From: a virus
IMG/VR virus record: IMGVR_UViG_3300022591_000004
Location: 1-64,000 of that record
DNA length: 64,000 bases
Direction: 5' to 3' (one strand)
Position numbers and translations under genes: made by a program. Below are positions 53,740-63,839 of this stretch, piece after piece. Within the stretch, counting starts at the first letter, position 1. Each line of letters begins with the position of its first letter. Below the pieces are notes generated by a model, which worked only from the letters and a program-made list of their open reading frames with translations, searched no databases and was not told the DNA's origin.

Positions 53740-55236
53740 TTACGCCACAGTGACGGTTGCGCCGCCATCGAACTGACCGATATTGATTACTACGAACTCA
53801 GCTGGACGCTGCAACGCAACGCCTACCTGAATGTTGACCTGACCCGCCTCTACAGTAGACAAGGTGTTGTTTGAAGAGTCGCACAGCACAAAGAAAGCTT
53901 GCTGAGGAGTAGAGCCACGAAGTCCGCCTTGAGACCAGAAATTAGTCAAGAATCCATTAAGGATGCTGCTAATACGACGGTAAAGAACAGTGTCGTTTGG
54001 CTCAAAGATGGCAAAGTTGGTGAGGTCAACAAGCGCCTTCTCTAAGTAGATAAGCGAACGACGTACTGGTACGTACATACTTGCGTAACCAGACTCAAGT
54101 GTGCGAGCGCCCATAACAACGATTCCAGAACCGTTAATATAGCGAATCGCGTTCACTGGAGCTCCAGCGCTATTTAGAGCGTCCAAGTTAGCGTTAGTTA
54201 ACGACGGAACTGAAACAGCTCCTGCAAGGCGCACAGAAAGTCCAGCTGGAGCTTTCCATACACCGCGTGCCTTATCCGTAGCAGCATACTTACCTACAAT
54301 TGCTCCGCCTGGGTTTGCAGCCGTAATTACTGTTCCTGGCGTGCTATTTGTTGGGTCGTTGATAGTAATAGGTGGATAGTAAACTGCTCCGTACGAAGTT
54401 TGAGTGTATGCAGCTGACAACGTTAGTTGGTTAGTTACCGTGTCATTGATTGGGTCAATAACAACAAATACATCACCACGTGCTGAGGCATACGCCAATA
54501 GCTCGTTAACAGATGTTGAGTCGGTTACGCCTGGCGCGTTTAAAATAAGAGACTGTGTAACAGTATCAAACGCATTAACTCCGCCAGCAATATCAGATGC
54601 TCCAGGAGCCGTACCGTCAGCTCCAGATGTTAGGGCTGTCACTGATTGTGGAGAAGGGTTACGAAGAGCTCCAGAACCAGATGAACCTGCGTCTACAGCT
54701 ACAATATACGCAGACTGTGAGTTAATCACAGAAGTAGCGTATCGAGCATCAGATGCTGTCATTGACAAGTTAGTATAGGTTTCTACCTTGTTTGATGCAG
54801 CAGTTCCGCCGTAGTACACGATAAGGTCAAAGGTGTTAGCTGAACCTGGTGAGTTCTGGATAAGGATGTTAATTCCATTCCCCCACGCACCAGGGTTATT
54901 AGCCTTGATAGTCAAAGTATTTGCTGGGGATTCTTGGTTATCTTGGAATGTACGGGTTGCCTGTGCAGTAGAGCCCTTAATTACGCGTGTAACGTACGCT
55001 TGGCTTCCACCGTTAGCAAAGTACAAGAACACGGCAAGAGCGAGGCTATTATTAGCTCCCCAACCGCCGAACTTGTTGAGGTAATCACTCCACGAGCTAA
55101 CGAGAGTAGGTGTCAGAGGACCACGAGCGTTGACGCCAATAAAAGCGGCTACTGAATCGGAGTTTGCTCCAACAACAGGTGCGATTGGGTTCAGGGTTTC
55201 CTGAACGTACACTCCTGGGCGTTGATATGCAGTCAT
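53740..55236 (-). CDS. contractile tail sheath protein
   Basis: RPGVYVQE, YFANGG, RGVWKAPAG, YVPVRR, FEPND, RPAEFV. Confidence 0.95.
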   Translation of the reverse strand: MTAYQRPGVYVQETLNPIAPVVGANSDSVAAFIGVNARGPLTPTLVSSWSDYLNKFGGWGANNSLALAVFLYFANGGSQAYVTRVIKGSTAQATRTFQDNQESPANTLTIKANNPGAWGNGINILIQNSPGSANTFDLIVYYGGTAASNKVETYTNLSMTASDARYATSVINSQSAYIVAVDAGSSGSGALRNPSPQSVTALTSGADGTAPGASDIAGGVNAFDTVTQSLILNAPGVTDSTSVNELLAYASARGDVFVVIDPINDTVTNQLTLSAAYTQTSYGAVYYPPITINDPTNSTPGTVITAANPGGAIVGKYAATDKARGVWKAPAGLSVRLAGAVSVPSLTNANLDALNSAGAPVNAIRYINGSGIVVMGARTLESGYASMYVPVRRSLIYLEKALVDLTNFAIFEPNDTVLYRRISSILNGFLTNFWSQGGLRGSTPQQAFFVLCDSSNNTLSTVEAGQVNIQVGVALQRPAEFVVINIGQFDGGATVTVA

Positions 55237-55251
55237 TATTTATCTCCTTGA

Positions 55252-55869
55252 TTAGGGTTGAACGGGTGTAAAACCAGTTGGTATGTTCGTAGTAATCCGA
55301 TTGATTTCAACAGTTTGTACGGTGGATAGGGCGCTATTAGCAGTCGATGGTGTCATCTCACTAATAACTCTTACGGTGAAGACGCTTCTAAAGAGGCGTC
55401 GTCCATCCTCAATCATGTCTCGCTTAACGAAACCATCGAGGAACATACTGCGGTATGCAGTCTCTGTACCAAGCTCATTAGGGACTTCTAGGCTTCCGTA
55501 TTGGCTTGGAAATTTATTCTGTAGCTGGAAAAGTATGCCGCGGTCATGCCGTGGATGGCGCGAATATGCAGCTACTTGATAGGTAATGTCATAAGGCAAC
55601 GGTGTTTGGTAGCGGTAGACAGAGCCTTCTGCAGGTGCGACTGTTCCACGATTGTCGTTGTCATAAATCATTCCTGACATCTGACGCTCTTTGGCAGCAC
55701 GAATGTCAATAAGCTCAATAATAATATAAGGATAGCTTTGAACAGTAACTTCAACGTCTGGGTATCCAAACCACACTTTGACAGGTCGTACTGACGCCTT
55801 TTCATCAGAGACGTTAATTCCCTGAAGCAAGTTCTTCATGGCAGCGTCTTCAGCAAGGATAAAGCTCAT
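55252..55869 (-). CDS. tail terminator / sheath-stabiliser-like protein
   Basis: Position upstream of sheath; YP.I.I, P.PYDITYQV. Confidence 0.65.
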   Translation of the reverse strand: MSFILAEDAAMKNLLQGINVSDEKASVRPVKVWFGYPDVEVTVQSYPYIIIELIDIRAAKERQMSGMIYDNDNRGTVAPAEGSVYRYQTPLPYDITYQVAAYSRHPRHDRGILFQLQNKFPSQYGSLEVPNELGTETAYRSMFLDGFVKRDMIEDGRRLFRSVFTVRVISEMTPSTANSALSTVQTVEINRITTNIPTGFTPVQP

Positions 55870-56210
55870 TAGAACATCCTCATTTCTGCCATGATAGCTA
55901 CAACGCTATCTTCAAGGATATTTCCTAGGTGTCCACCAACCCGAGCAACAAATGGGCGAATAACAGATGAGGAGGCTGAGTTAGGAGTTCCGTACTCTAA
56001 GTTGTTTACTTCGTCGTCCAGCTCTTCTGGGTAGGAGACATGTAGCTCTCCGTCCTGAGGCTTGATAGAAAGGCTAAGCGCAACATCCGCAGGCCATCCC
56101 GCAGCAAGAGCAAATTTTTGTAACATGGGGGTGAGTTGTTCAGACGCTTTTTCACTAGCGTCTTTGACGGCTGTGCTTACGGCCGCGTTCACTTGCGAAA
56201 CAATCGCCAC
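55869..56210 (-). CDS. neck/tail completion protein candidate
   Basis: LEYGT...IRPF motif. Confidence 0.6.
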   Translation of the reverse strand: MAIVSQVNAAVSTAVKDASEKASEQLTPMLQKFALAAGWPADVALSLSIKPQDGELHVSYPEELDDEVNNLEYGTPNSASSSVIRPFVARVGGHLGNILEDSVVAIMAEMRMF

Positions 56211-56394
56211 AAAGCAGCAGCGAGAATACCCTTAGCTAACACATGGTTGTCTGGAGCAGAGGGTGCAGAAAACGCGCCCTGTACAAACTCTTTCTCAGAC
56301 GGCTTGTCAATTTCAGCCATAGCAAAACTCCATTCGGAGGGTATTACGCAAGGTACTGCCTGAAGCCCCGCACAGGACTTCCCTTAAAGTATAA

Positions 56395-56421
56395 AGGCCC
56401 CCCTATTTCTAGGAGGGCCTA
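56395..56421 (-). terminator. terminator-like hairpin
   Basis: AGGCCCCCCTA-TTTC-TAGGAGGGCCT, with a T-run on the minus strand. Confidence 0.55.
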
Positions 56422-56434
56422 ACTACTAAGTCTT

Positions 56435-56644
56435 TTACTTAGACTTCTTTACCTTAGAGGCTAGTGCCTTGTCCATCTTGGCATCTGCCTTAGCCGATGG
56501 CTTCTTTGCATCCATCTTCTTGTCAGCCTTTTCAAAAGCTGACTTCTGCTTAGGAGACATGCCCTTCATTACCTTGGCATCTTGCTTCTTATCGGCCTTC
56601 TTAGACATAGGGCCCTTTTTACCGCATCCACATGTAGCGCACAT
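56435..56644 (-). CDS. small Lys-rich protein with MCATCGCG N-terminus
   Basis: 69 aa, very basic. Confidence 0.7.
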   Translation of the reverse strand: MCATCGCGKKGPMSKKADKKQDAKVMKGMSPKQKSAFEKADKKMDAKKPSAKADAKMDKALASKVKKSK

Positions 56645-56892
56645 TATTCGGCATCCTCTTCTTCGTCGTCAGAATCATCTTCTGAATCTTCTGAATCATC
56701 CCAGTCTTCGTCTGAATCGTCAGAGTCGTCTTCTGAATCATCAGCCTCAATAGCTGAGTCATCTTCTGAGGTTTCGTCCGCTTCTGGAGCGTCTACTGGG
56801 GCTGTTGTCACATCGTCTGCAGGAGCAGCGGCGTCAGCAACAGGAGCAGCGACGTCAGTTGCGTCTACTGGAGTTGTTGTATCGTCAGACAT
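56644..56892 (-). CDS. extremely acidic small protein
   Basis: MSDDTTT...DDSEDDSDDEEEDAE. Confidence 0.65.
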   Translation of the reverse strand: MSDDTTTPVDATDVAAPVADAAAPADDVTTAPVDAPEADETSEDDSAIEADDSEDDSDDSDEDWDDSEDSEDDSDDEEEDAE

Positions 56893-56978
56893 TTTTGTAC
56901 CTTTTTTCCTGGCTAAGCGCCGTTGGTTTTTAGCAGCCCTCTTATGTCGGGCTAAGCTAATTTTAACATTATTCTTTT

Positions 56979-57158
56979 TCACTTCTTACCTTTAGCAGCC
57001 ATTTTTTCCATCTTAGCCACGCCGTACTTTTTGATGCCAGCGGCAGCTGCTACAGCGGCTGGATTCTTGGCGCCAGACTTCTTAGCCTTCTTTTCAATCG
57101 CTTCAAAGCGCTCTCCTGAACCGAGCTTAGCCTTTTTTGCGGTCTTCTTTTCTGCCAT
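56979..57158 (-). CDS. small Lys/Ala-rich protein (59 aa)
   Basis: Manually translated MAEKKTAKKAKLGSGERF...IKKYG...AAKGKK. Confidence 0.7.
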   Translation of the reverse strand: MAEKKTAKKAKLGSGERFEAIEKKAKKSGAKNPAAVAAAAGIKKYGVAKMEKMAAKGKK

Positions 57159-57279
57159 TTTTCTTACCTACTTTCTTGGGCAACGTCTTGCCCTGAGGGG
57201 TTTCTTTCTGCCATTGTCGTGCCATCTTTGGGTGAGTAGCGTACATCCACCCTTTTTGCGCCTCTGATTTAAAAGGCAT
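57127..57279 (-). CDS. small basic protein, MPFKSEAQ family (50 aa)
   Basis: Manually translated MPFKSEAQKGWMYATHPKMARQWQKETP...LPKKV. Confidence 0.7.
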   Translation of the reverse strand: MPFKSEAQKGWMYATHPKMARQWQKETPQGKTLPKKVGKKNGRKEDRKKG

Positions 57280-57896
57280 TAAGGCGTTCCTCCATCAATA
57301 ACTGTTTCTGAAGGGGGAGGCAGCATAATTGTAGGAGAAGGATAAGGAGGGTAAGTGTTTGCTGGTGCTTCCCAATTGTCAGGTACATTTGAGGCGTAGT
57401 CAAGGAATTGAGTGGAGTTGACCATTTCTTCAGGGGCAAGCTGGATACAGTCAACTACTACAAGGGCAAATCGCTCACCGATAATTCCGCGCTGCTGAAC
57501 ACCATAAGGACGGAAGATTTCGCCCTTCCATAAGATGCGGCCACGGTTTTGGATATCGGGGTTGTTCAAGACATTAGAGTCAATCTTCTCAATGTCTCGA
57601 GAGTTTAAGGTTAGATGAAGAGTATCGGTGTTGTAGAAGCCGCGCTCATCCTGAGGAACTTGACCTTGAGAAATGACCGCCCGAACGATGGGAAGCTTGT
57701 AAGGGCCTTTCCATACGAGACCTTCTGTAGAGCTGCCCGTGTCATAAATAGGGTCTACCGTAGAGTGAACGTTGTCGTATACCCACCACAAGGCATGAGT
57801 TCCTACTGGGTTCTTGAGGTCCCAGTCAATGCCGTCTTGGATGGCATCAAATTCATAGTCGGCGTCAAAACGACCGCCAGGAGTATACCCGCGCAT
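57279..57896 (-). CDS. head-closure/neck protein candidate
   Basis: 205 aa upstream of tail genes; function inferred from synteny. Confidence 0.55.
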   Translation of the reverse strand: MRGYTPGGRFDADYEFDAIQDGIDWDLKNPVGTHALWWVYDNVHSTVDPIYDTGSSTEGLVWKGPYKLPIVRAVISQGQVPQDERGFYNTDTLHLTLNSRDIEKIDSNVLNNPDIQNRGRILWKGEIFRPYGVQQRGIIGERFALVVVDCIQLAPEEMVNSTQFLDYASNVPDNWEAPANTYPPYPSPTIMLPPPSETVIDGGTP

Positions 57897-57937
57897 ATAA
57901 GTATTATCTCCTACTTGCAGGTAGTTGTAAGGTCTTT

Positions 57938-58921
57938 CTAACGATTGTAGGCAGGAGGAATGTACCGCTCCATATATGGCCCATAAATAGGATGGACTTT
58001 GGCGTACTTGTAAAACCTATCAATTTTGTCTTTATTACTAGGGTCTTTAACAAAAGTTAAATAAGACTGCTTAATCTCATCAGCGTATTCCTTTTTAGAA
58101 AGCAGTTTGGGGTTGGCCCCACTAAGTCGGTAGCTATCTGATTCAACAACAAAGTTTACATTATTTAAGTACAGATGTGATATAGGGACTACTTGATTAG
58201 GAGAAACTAAAGAAAACCCTGCGTCTAGCAAATTCATGGTTTGAATGAGTTCTTCTTCCCAAAATATAGTTGTTTCAGGAAGACCTGAGTATTCATAGAA
58301 ATGCTTATTTGAAAACGCGAACTGAGCACTGAACTTTACTGCAGGCAAAAACAGCTCACCTCTTAAAAATGAGGGTTCATGCACCAGGTCTTTATCTTCC
58401 CAACTAGGCAAACCACCAGCAAATTTAAAGTCTTTTATAAAAAAACAGTACTTAGCAACACGTGGTCGGTTGTAGTAATCACGCATCCCTGCGTCATCAT
58501 GCTCGTAAGAAGGAAGATAAGACGTTAAAATCGTCTTCTCATTTTTAGTTTCCTTAACTGCATCTGTAAACATATCAACAAGTTTGGTATCCCAGTCCTT
58601 ATCAAACATTGTGTGAGAGTCTATCTGCAGTATGTAATCCTCGTTATTGTACATAGATAAAGCAGTGTTTCTACCGAACCCAATGCTAGGTGTGTACTCT
58701 CCAACTTTAAAGTGTTTAATCTGTATTTGTGGGTACCTTTTTAACGGTAAAACTTTATTGTTAAAGAACTCACTTTCGGATAAACCATTGTTTGCAGGAA
58801 CCTCCATGAATACAAGACCAATTGAAATGTCCTGCGGGTTACTGGCGTTCTCTATGGCTTCCTGAACGGTAAAGGGCAACTGATTGTCTAAAAAACTAGG
58901 TATAGCAATGTAGATAGACAT
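57938..58921 (-). CDS. glycosyltransferase (GT-A, Skp1 GlcNAc-transferase-like)
   Basis: IYIAIPSF.D, R..A.S.Y..EDYILQIDSH..F..DWD, F.EE, HLY. Confidence 0.85.
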   Translation of the reverse strand: MSIYIAIPSFLDNQLPFTVQEAIENASNPQDISIGLVFMEVPANNGLSESEFFNNKVLPLKRYPQIQIKHFKVGEYTPSIGFGRNTALSMYNNEDYILQIDSHTMFDKDWDTKLVDMFTDAVKETKNEKTILTSYLPSYEHDDAGMRDYYNRPRVAKYCFFIKDFKFAGGLPSWEDKDLVHEPSFLRGELFLPAVKFSAQFAFSNKHFYEYSGLPETTIFWEEELIQTMNLLDAGFSLVSPNQVVPISHLYLNNVNFVVESDSYRLSGANPKLLSKKEYADEIKQSYLTFVKDPSNKDKIDRFYKYAKVHPIYGPYMERYIPPAYNR

Positions 58922-59090
58922 TACTGCTCAACCTCAACAAAGGTGGGGTTGCTTAAAAATAACGCCGCTAAACGAGGAGTATTAACTTGAAACTTTTCAA
59001 TAATGACGCCCTCTACAACAACTCCTAATGTTATGGGAGGAAACTCCACATACTCTGTTGGTGGAGGGGGTAAAAACTTAGCGGATTTTT

Positions 59091-59771
59091 TCACGAGTAG
59101 TCCTTTATCTTTCTCCATACTTTTTTATACATGGCTTTTCCTGACCGTGTTTTTGCCGCCAGTAGCGCTGTTTTTTCAGTGCTTGTCCAGTCTTGGGCAT
59201 ACGTCCAGCTATCACGTTTAATAGGTATTATTTGCGCGTACGGAGTTCCTGCAGGGATTACTCCTTCAAAACCAGATTTAATAAAAAATGGGATATTTCC
59301 CCAAGCGGGGTATACATCAGAGTCCACAATTGCAGACATGGTGGTAAAGGGGAGCTCAAAGCGATTTAGGGGATGAGTAACCAAACTGCTAAATCCTTTT
59401 GGTGTTTTCCATCCCCATTGACTTGGCCAAATTAAATGGTTGTCCTCATGCCCAGCAGGACGAGGAATAGTGGTTCCTGTCTGCCCTTTACGCTCACCCA
59501 CTAAAGGTTCTTTTGATTCCCATTCAAGTTTTAAGTTGCCTTCAGAATCCCGTGAAACAAAAATATCTTCAGGAGTTACTAGCGCATAACCAGAAATAAG
59601 GCCGTCTAAAAATGGAGCACATGTTTTTAGCCCAGGTACTTCTTCCCCGTGAGGGGTCTTGTAATAACGTTCTGCACGGGTATACCATTCAGGAATAAGT
59701 CCCTTTATTGGTACAGGCCGTTTCCAACTTTTATCCACATTATGACTAGGTATGAACTTTACAAGCTTCAT
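59091..59771 (-). CDS. conserved phage hypothetical protein (beta-barrel, dUTPase-like C-terminus)
   Basis: PEWY, CAPFLD, TPKG.S.L.THP.NR, IPAGTP..QIIP. Confidence 0.6.
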   Translation of the reverse strand: MKLVKFIPSHNVDKSWKRPVPIKGLIPEWYTRAERYYKTPHGEEVPGLKTCAPFLDGLISGYALVTPEDIFVSRDSEGNLKLEWESKEPLVGERKGQTGTTIPRPAGHEDNHLIWPSQWGWKTPKGFSSLVTHPLNRFELPFTTMSAIVDSDVYPAWGNIPFFIKSGFEGVIPAGTPYAQIIPIKRDSWTYAQDWTSTEKTALLAAKTRSGKAMYKKVWRKIKDYS

Positions 59772-59787
59772 GTATGCTCCTTATTAT

Positions 59788-61542
59788 TTAACCCGTTACT
59801 TGTGCCGTAAAGCTTCCTATAGTGTTTCCTTGGTTTTGCGGTGATTGGACAAGAATAATACCATGCAGGTTACCCGAAGGGGTAACGGAGGATGTTGTTG
59901 CAGAGCCTACTGATGTGGCAAGCGTGTTGTCGCTATACGCGGTTGCCGTAACCGTATTTCCACTTACTACGACTTTTAAAGCAGTAGAAATAGCTGTAAG
60001 GGCGGACGAAACTACTGTAGTGACCGTTCCTGCTACAGATTGGTACAAGTTAATCGCGTAGGAAGTTACTGCCTTTGAATCAGGCGCTGGATTAGCGTAG
60101 GCAGTATACGCGTAGTAGTAGTAGCTTGTAAACGCGCTATTGTATACATAGTATGTATAAGGGGAATAGTACGAGTACGTGTAGTAATAGTGAGGGGGAG
60201 TGTATCCTACGCCATGTATCCAAGCTGTACCGTTGTACGGTCCAGATGTTCCTGCTGGGTGATACGATGAGCCTGTTCCTGTAGCCGAGTAAGAGTAGGT
60301 ATATGCGTAAGTGTATGTATCGTTTTCTACGCTAACAGCGGCCCACCAGTTGTTGGTGTCCTGAACCATAAAAGCAATACCAGTACCTAAAGAAGCATTT
60401 AGTGAGGTTACTGTAACAAGGGGGCTTTGTAGGTCAACAGCCGCTATGGATGCGCTTGTTGAGCTAACAGTATCGTCTGATTCCGCTAATCCACTTTTAG
60501 CGTACCAAACTCCTTTAATGGCTTGCCATAAAGTTCCCGATGTAGTTGTGCCCAAAGAACCAGAAGTAGTGCGATTAAAATCGTCCGTAACAATAGGAAT
60601 AGGCGCCACCGAGTTAGATGCGGAAGAAGGCAAAGAAGAACCATTTGCATTAACAACAGTAACAGTAAACGTGTAAAAAATACTGGGCAAAAAGTTTCCA
60701 GTAACTGTGAGTGGGCTAGAGGAGCCCGATACAGTAAGGGGAATACTAGGAGAGCTTGTTACCGTGTAAGAGGTTATTGACGAACCTCCAGTAGCCCCTG
60801 GTGTAAAAGGAATAGAAACTGTCGTAGAGTTTGTAACAGATACAGTGCCAATAACTGGGGCATCAGGAACTGTTTTTATTGTTACAGAGGATGATGCGGA
60901 AGAGGCGTTTGATATTCCGTTGTCGTTTGTAGCCGTTACTGTAAAGGTATAAGAAGTATTTGAGTTTAGCCCTGTAACCGTAACAGGGGAGTTTCCCGTT
61001 GCAGTAACGCCGCCAGGACTAGATGTTACCGTGTACTGTGTTATTGCTTTTCCACCAGAAGCAGGAGAGGTAAAAGAAACTGTAGCCCGTCCATTATTAA
61101 ATCCAGAGCCTGAGTTTACTGCGATAGCAGAGGTTATTGTTGGAGAGTCAGGCACAGATGTAGGGGTTACAGATGTAGTTGTAAAAGGCGATGATGAGCC
61201 TGCTCCACTTGTACCCCGAACGGAAAATGTGTAGGAAGTACCTGGAGTAAGTCCAGTAGCGATAAGTGGGTTTTGCGAACTACTTGATGTAACACTGTCT
61301 GGGGTAGAGGTAGCCGTAAGCCCTGTAGCTGTTCCTCCAGTAGAAGCAACAGTAATCGGGATAGATACTGCCGCGCTATTAAAAGGTCTATTTGTACCAA
61401 TATCCGTAGGAGTTCCTACCGATAATAAATCAGGAACATCAGGTATCTTTACTGAAGGACGACTTATCTGGCCCTTTTGATACTGCTTATCTGAAGACGT
61501 TCTAGCAGAGGCAGACTCTTCGCTGACGTGTCTAGGACCCAT
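59788..61542 (-). CDS. fibronectin type III repeat tail fibre/adhesin
   Basis: Three FN3 repeats (GL..GTSYTF.V), DDFNR lectin-like C-terminal domain, Tyr-rich insert. Confidence 0.8.
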   Translation of the reverse strand: MGPRHVSEESASARTSSDKQYQKGQISRPSVKIPDVPDLLSVGTPTDIGTNRPFNSAAVSIPITVASTGGTATGLTATSTPDSVTSSSSQNPLIATGLTPGTSYTFSVRGTSGAGSSSPFTTTSVTPTSVPDSPTITSAIAVNSGSGFNNGRATVSFTSPASGGKAITQYTVTSSPGGVTATGNSPVTVTGLNSNTSYTFTVTATNDNGISNASSASSSVTIKTVPDAPVIGTVSVTNSTTVSIPFTPGATGGSSITSYTVTSSPSIPLTVSGSSSPLTVTGNFLPSIFYTFTVTVVNANGSSLPSSASNSVAPIPIVTDDFNRTTSGSLGTTTSGTLWQAIKGVWYAKSGLAESDDTVSSTSASIAAVDLQSPLVTVTSLNASLGTGIAFMVQDTNNWWAAVSVENDTYTYAYTYSYSATGTGSSYHPAGTSGPYNGTAWIHGVGYTPPHYYYTYSYYSPYTYYVYNSAFTSYYYYAYTAYANPAPDSKAVTSYAINLYQSVAGTVTTVVSSALTAISTALKVVVSGNTVTATAYSDNTLATSVGSATTSSVTPSGNLHGIILVQSPQNQGNTIGSFTAQVTG

Positions 61543-61551
61543 GTGAACCCC

Positions 61552-61893
61552 TTAAGCGCTGATGTCGCCGTATAGTACCCAAGCATCTGTAGAGACTTGA
61601 ATAAGCTCTGCTCGAGAGTATTGGGCGCGAGTTTTTAATCCAGGTGTTCCGTTGATAGTAACTCCAGAAGCACCAGCAAAAGTTACTTGTCCAGCACCGT
61701 ACTGAATAACAGATACTTTGCTACCGACAGGGATTCCTGCCACAGAGTACAAGGGAACGGTAATAGTGTTTGAGCTGCTGCTCGTCGCCAAGATAACCTT
61801 AGAAGCATCTGTTGACGCTAAGGTGTATGAGGAAGATTGCGAGTTAATCGCGCTTGGTTGCCCGATGAGTCCGCTAACGTTGGAGACAGACAT
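61552..61893 (-). CDS. tail-fibre-associated protein
   Basis: SYTL..TD, QYGAGQVTF, WVLYGDI. Confidence 0.7.
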   Translation of the reverse strand: MSVSNVSGLIGQPSAINSQSSSYTLASTDASKVILATSSSSNTITVPLYSVAGIPVGSKVSVIQYGAGQVTFAGASGVTINGTPGLKTRAQYSRAELIQVSTDAWVLYGDISA

Positions 61894-62228
61894 TAAGAGA
61901 GCTCACTTCCAAAGGCGCTAAATGACATGGTTGCACTAGAGCCGTATACCTGAATTTTATCGCCAGAAGCTAGAGTCAAACCAAGAGTCAGAACTGTAGA
62001 GTCAGAACCAGCAACAGTTGCGCCGTAGATAATCCAGTGTTTAGCGGCAGTAGAGCTGTCTGCTGACGGACGGACGGCAATGCGGTAGGTAGCTGGGGTT
62101 GAAGCTTGGTTACAGATGGTGACTGTAGAAACAATCGCCTGAGCACCTGCGGTGTAAAGGGTGCCTTCTGTAGTTGCCCCAAGGGTAGCTGTTGCTACTT
62201 GACCCAAGACCTTATATGTGGTTGCCAT
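61893..62228 (-). CDS. virion structural protein
   Basis: YKVLGQ...ICNQ...SAFGSE family. Confidence 0.7.
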   Translation of the reverse strand: MATTYKVLGQVATATLGATTEGTLYTAGAQAIVSTVTICNQASTPATYRIAVRPSADSSTAAKHWIIYGATVAGSDSTVLTLGLTLASGDKIQVYGSSATMSFSAFGSELS

Positions 62229-62284
62229 TGATACTCCTTAAATGCGGTAGTTAATTATCTCCATATGGCGCCTTTTTTGTGCGC

Positions 62285-62848
62285 TTAACTAATCTTGCTG
62301 AGGTTGTTTTCTACCGCTGTCTTATACATAGGGGCAAGGTCTTTTTCTAAAAGGTCATTAAAGAGCTGGATAGACTCGTCCTTGCGCCCAACCCACCATG
62401 CGGCAACGGCCTTTTGAAAAGTCAAAACGTACGGGTCTATATACCCTAAGGTGAGGGGTAGAAGGCCAAGCTCTTGGGTGGAAAAGTACAGGCCAACCTC
62501 AGCTGCTGTGTAGGACTCTTGCCACTTTTTATTGCGCTCATAGTATTGCGCCAACACAAACCATGCCTCTGGACGATTAGGTAGGTAAGCAATTGCTTTG
62601 TCTATTAAGTTCTTTACTGTATTGGTGCGATTTTTTTGGCGCTCAAAGCAGTTAGAGGATTCTAATAGTGCTGCGTAGACAAGCTCTGGGGTTGAATAGT
62701 ATCCGTACTCAGCAGTGCGTAGGTAAAACGAGACGGCGCTCGCAGTCTGCCCAATCTTTTCGTACTCAACTGCAGTCATAAAGCTAAGAGCAGGATTAAA
62801 TGGGTCGTTGGAAATGTCGACAATTAGTTTGTTAATAGCCTCATACAT
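62285..62848 (-). CDS. TPR-repeat protein
   Basis: P.RPEAWF.LA.YYE, AVAAWWVG. Confidence 0.7.
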   Translation of the reverse strand: MYEAINKLIVDISNDPFNPALSFMTAVEYEKIGQTASAVSFYLRTAEYGYYSTPELVYAALLESSNCFERQKNRTNTVKNLIDKAIAYLPNRPEAWFVLAQYYERNKKWQESYTAAEVGLYFSTQELGLLPLTLGYIDPYVLTFQKAVAAWWVGRKDESIQLFNDLLEKDLAPMYKTAVENNLSKIS

Positions 62849-63839
62849 TGAGTGCCTCCTCGATGAGTTCATCTACCACTGTAGCTGGCACTTCTAGTAC
62901 AAAGGCAGCGTTATCAACAAAACCAAAACTAATAATAAGAGAACTGTCATGTACTGCTGCTCCTGCCGCGAATTCAATTTGACCATCTAAGAATGACCAT
63001 GACTGTGGGGATACTCCAATTAGGTTAAGCTCAGAATCCCACACACATAAACGATGGCGGTAAGTGCCATTTTTTTGCCCCAAGTAATTCTTAAAGAGAA
63101 CTACCTCATGGGTAATAGCAATATAGTTATCGCCCCACTTGACGAGCTGGCTACCGCCACGTTGGTCAGCGTTGACTACTTTACCTGGTGTTACCTGTAC
63201 CTGAGTGCACTTCTCTTCATTAGGGTAAGCCTGAACAACCTCAGTAGGAGAAGTCCACTTGATGTACTGGTATTCTTTATCAAGAATAGGCATCCAGTTT
63301 TTTTCGCAGTAAGACTCTGGATTAACAGGGGCAGGTATGCGAGTGCGCGAAATCTCTTTCGCTGTCCATGCATCCTTATCAATCTCTAGCTCAGAAAGCT
63401 CCATACGCCCCTGACCATTAGTGGTGGTGTCTCGGCGCACACCAGTTCCGTAATACCTGCCGTCCCATTTTACGAGTCGAGCATCTTCTAGACCAACAAA
63501 TGTCCAGATAGGTTGAACGTCTAACAGGGTAGTGTCGATAAGGGTGTAGTTAATGACGTTGTAGTCTTTATCCAAACGGCAGAAATAGTTCGCTGTTACT
63601 AAGCGTTGGTCTTCTTCTGGATGCAGATAAGAAAGCGGGCCCCAGATGCTAGGAAAGCGCTGGTCGTTCTCAGCGTGATAAAGGGTGTAGTTGATATGGC
63701 GCAAGATACAAAGGATGTCCCCATCATCGTCTATAAAGATAGATGGGTTCATCAGCCCTGTACCCTGAGTAACCTCAGCGGGGATAATAAGCGGCTTTAA
63801 TCTACCGCCAGCCTGTACCGATTTTTGCACCAAGTTCAT
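62841..63839 (-). CDS. five-bladed beta-propeller glycoside hydrolase-like protein
   Basis: NPSI, GLEDARL, EKNWMP, RGGS, IEF..G, SFG..D. Confidence 0.75.
   Translation of the reverse strand: MNLVQKSVQAGGRLKPLIIPAEVTQGTGLMNPSIFIDDDGDILCILRHINYTLYHAENDQRFPSIWGPLSYLHPEEDQRLVTANYFCRLDKDYNVINYTLIDTTLLDVQPIWTFVGLEDARLVKWDGRYYGTGVRRDTTTNGQGRMELSELEIDKDAWTAKEISRTRIPAPVNPESYCEKNWMPILDKEYQYIKWTSPTEVVQAYPNEEKCTQVQVTPGKVVNADQRGGSQLVKWGDNYIAITHEVVLFKNYLGQKNGTYRHRLCVWDSELNLIGVSPQSWSFLDGQIEFAAGAAVHDSSLIISFGFVDNAAFVLEVPATVVDELIEEALNV

Noticed and set aside
59788-61542. Diversity-generating retroelement target
   Set aside because: No reverse transcriptase or template repeat is visible in the window; it cannot be excluded elsewhere in the genome
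13893-63800. Numerous plus-strand and alternate-frame ORFs in the ORF track overlapping minus-strand genes
   Set aside because: They are antisense shadows of well-supported genes, without RBS or recognisable motifs
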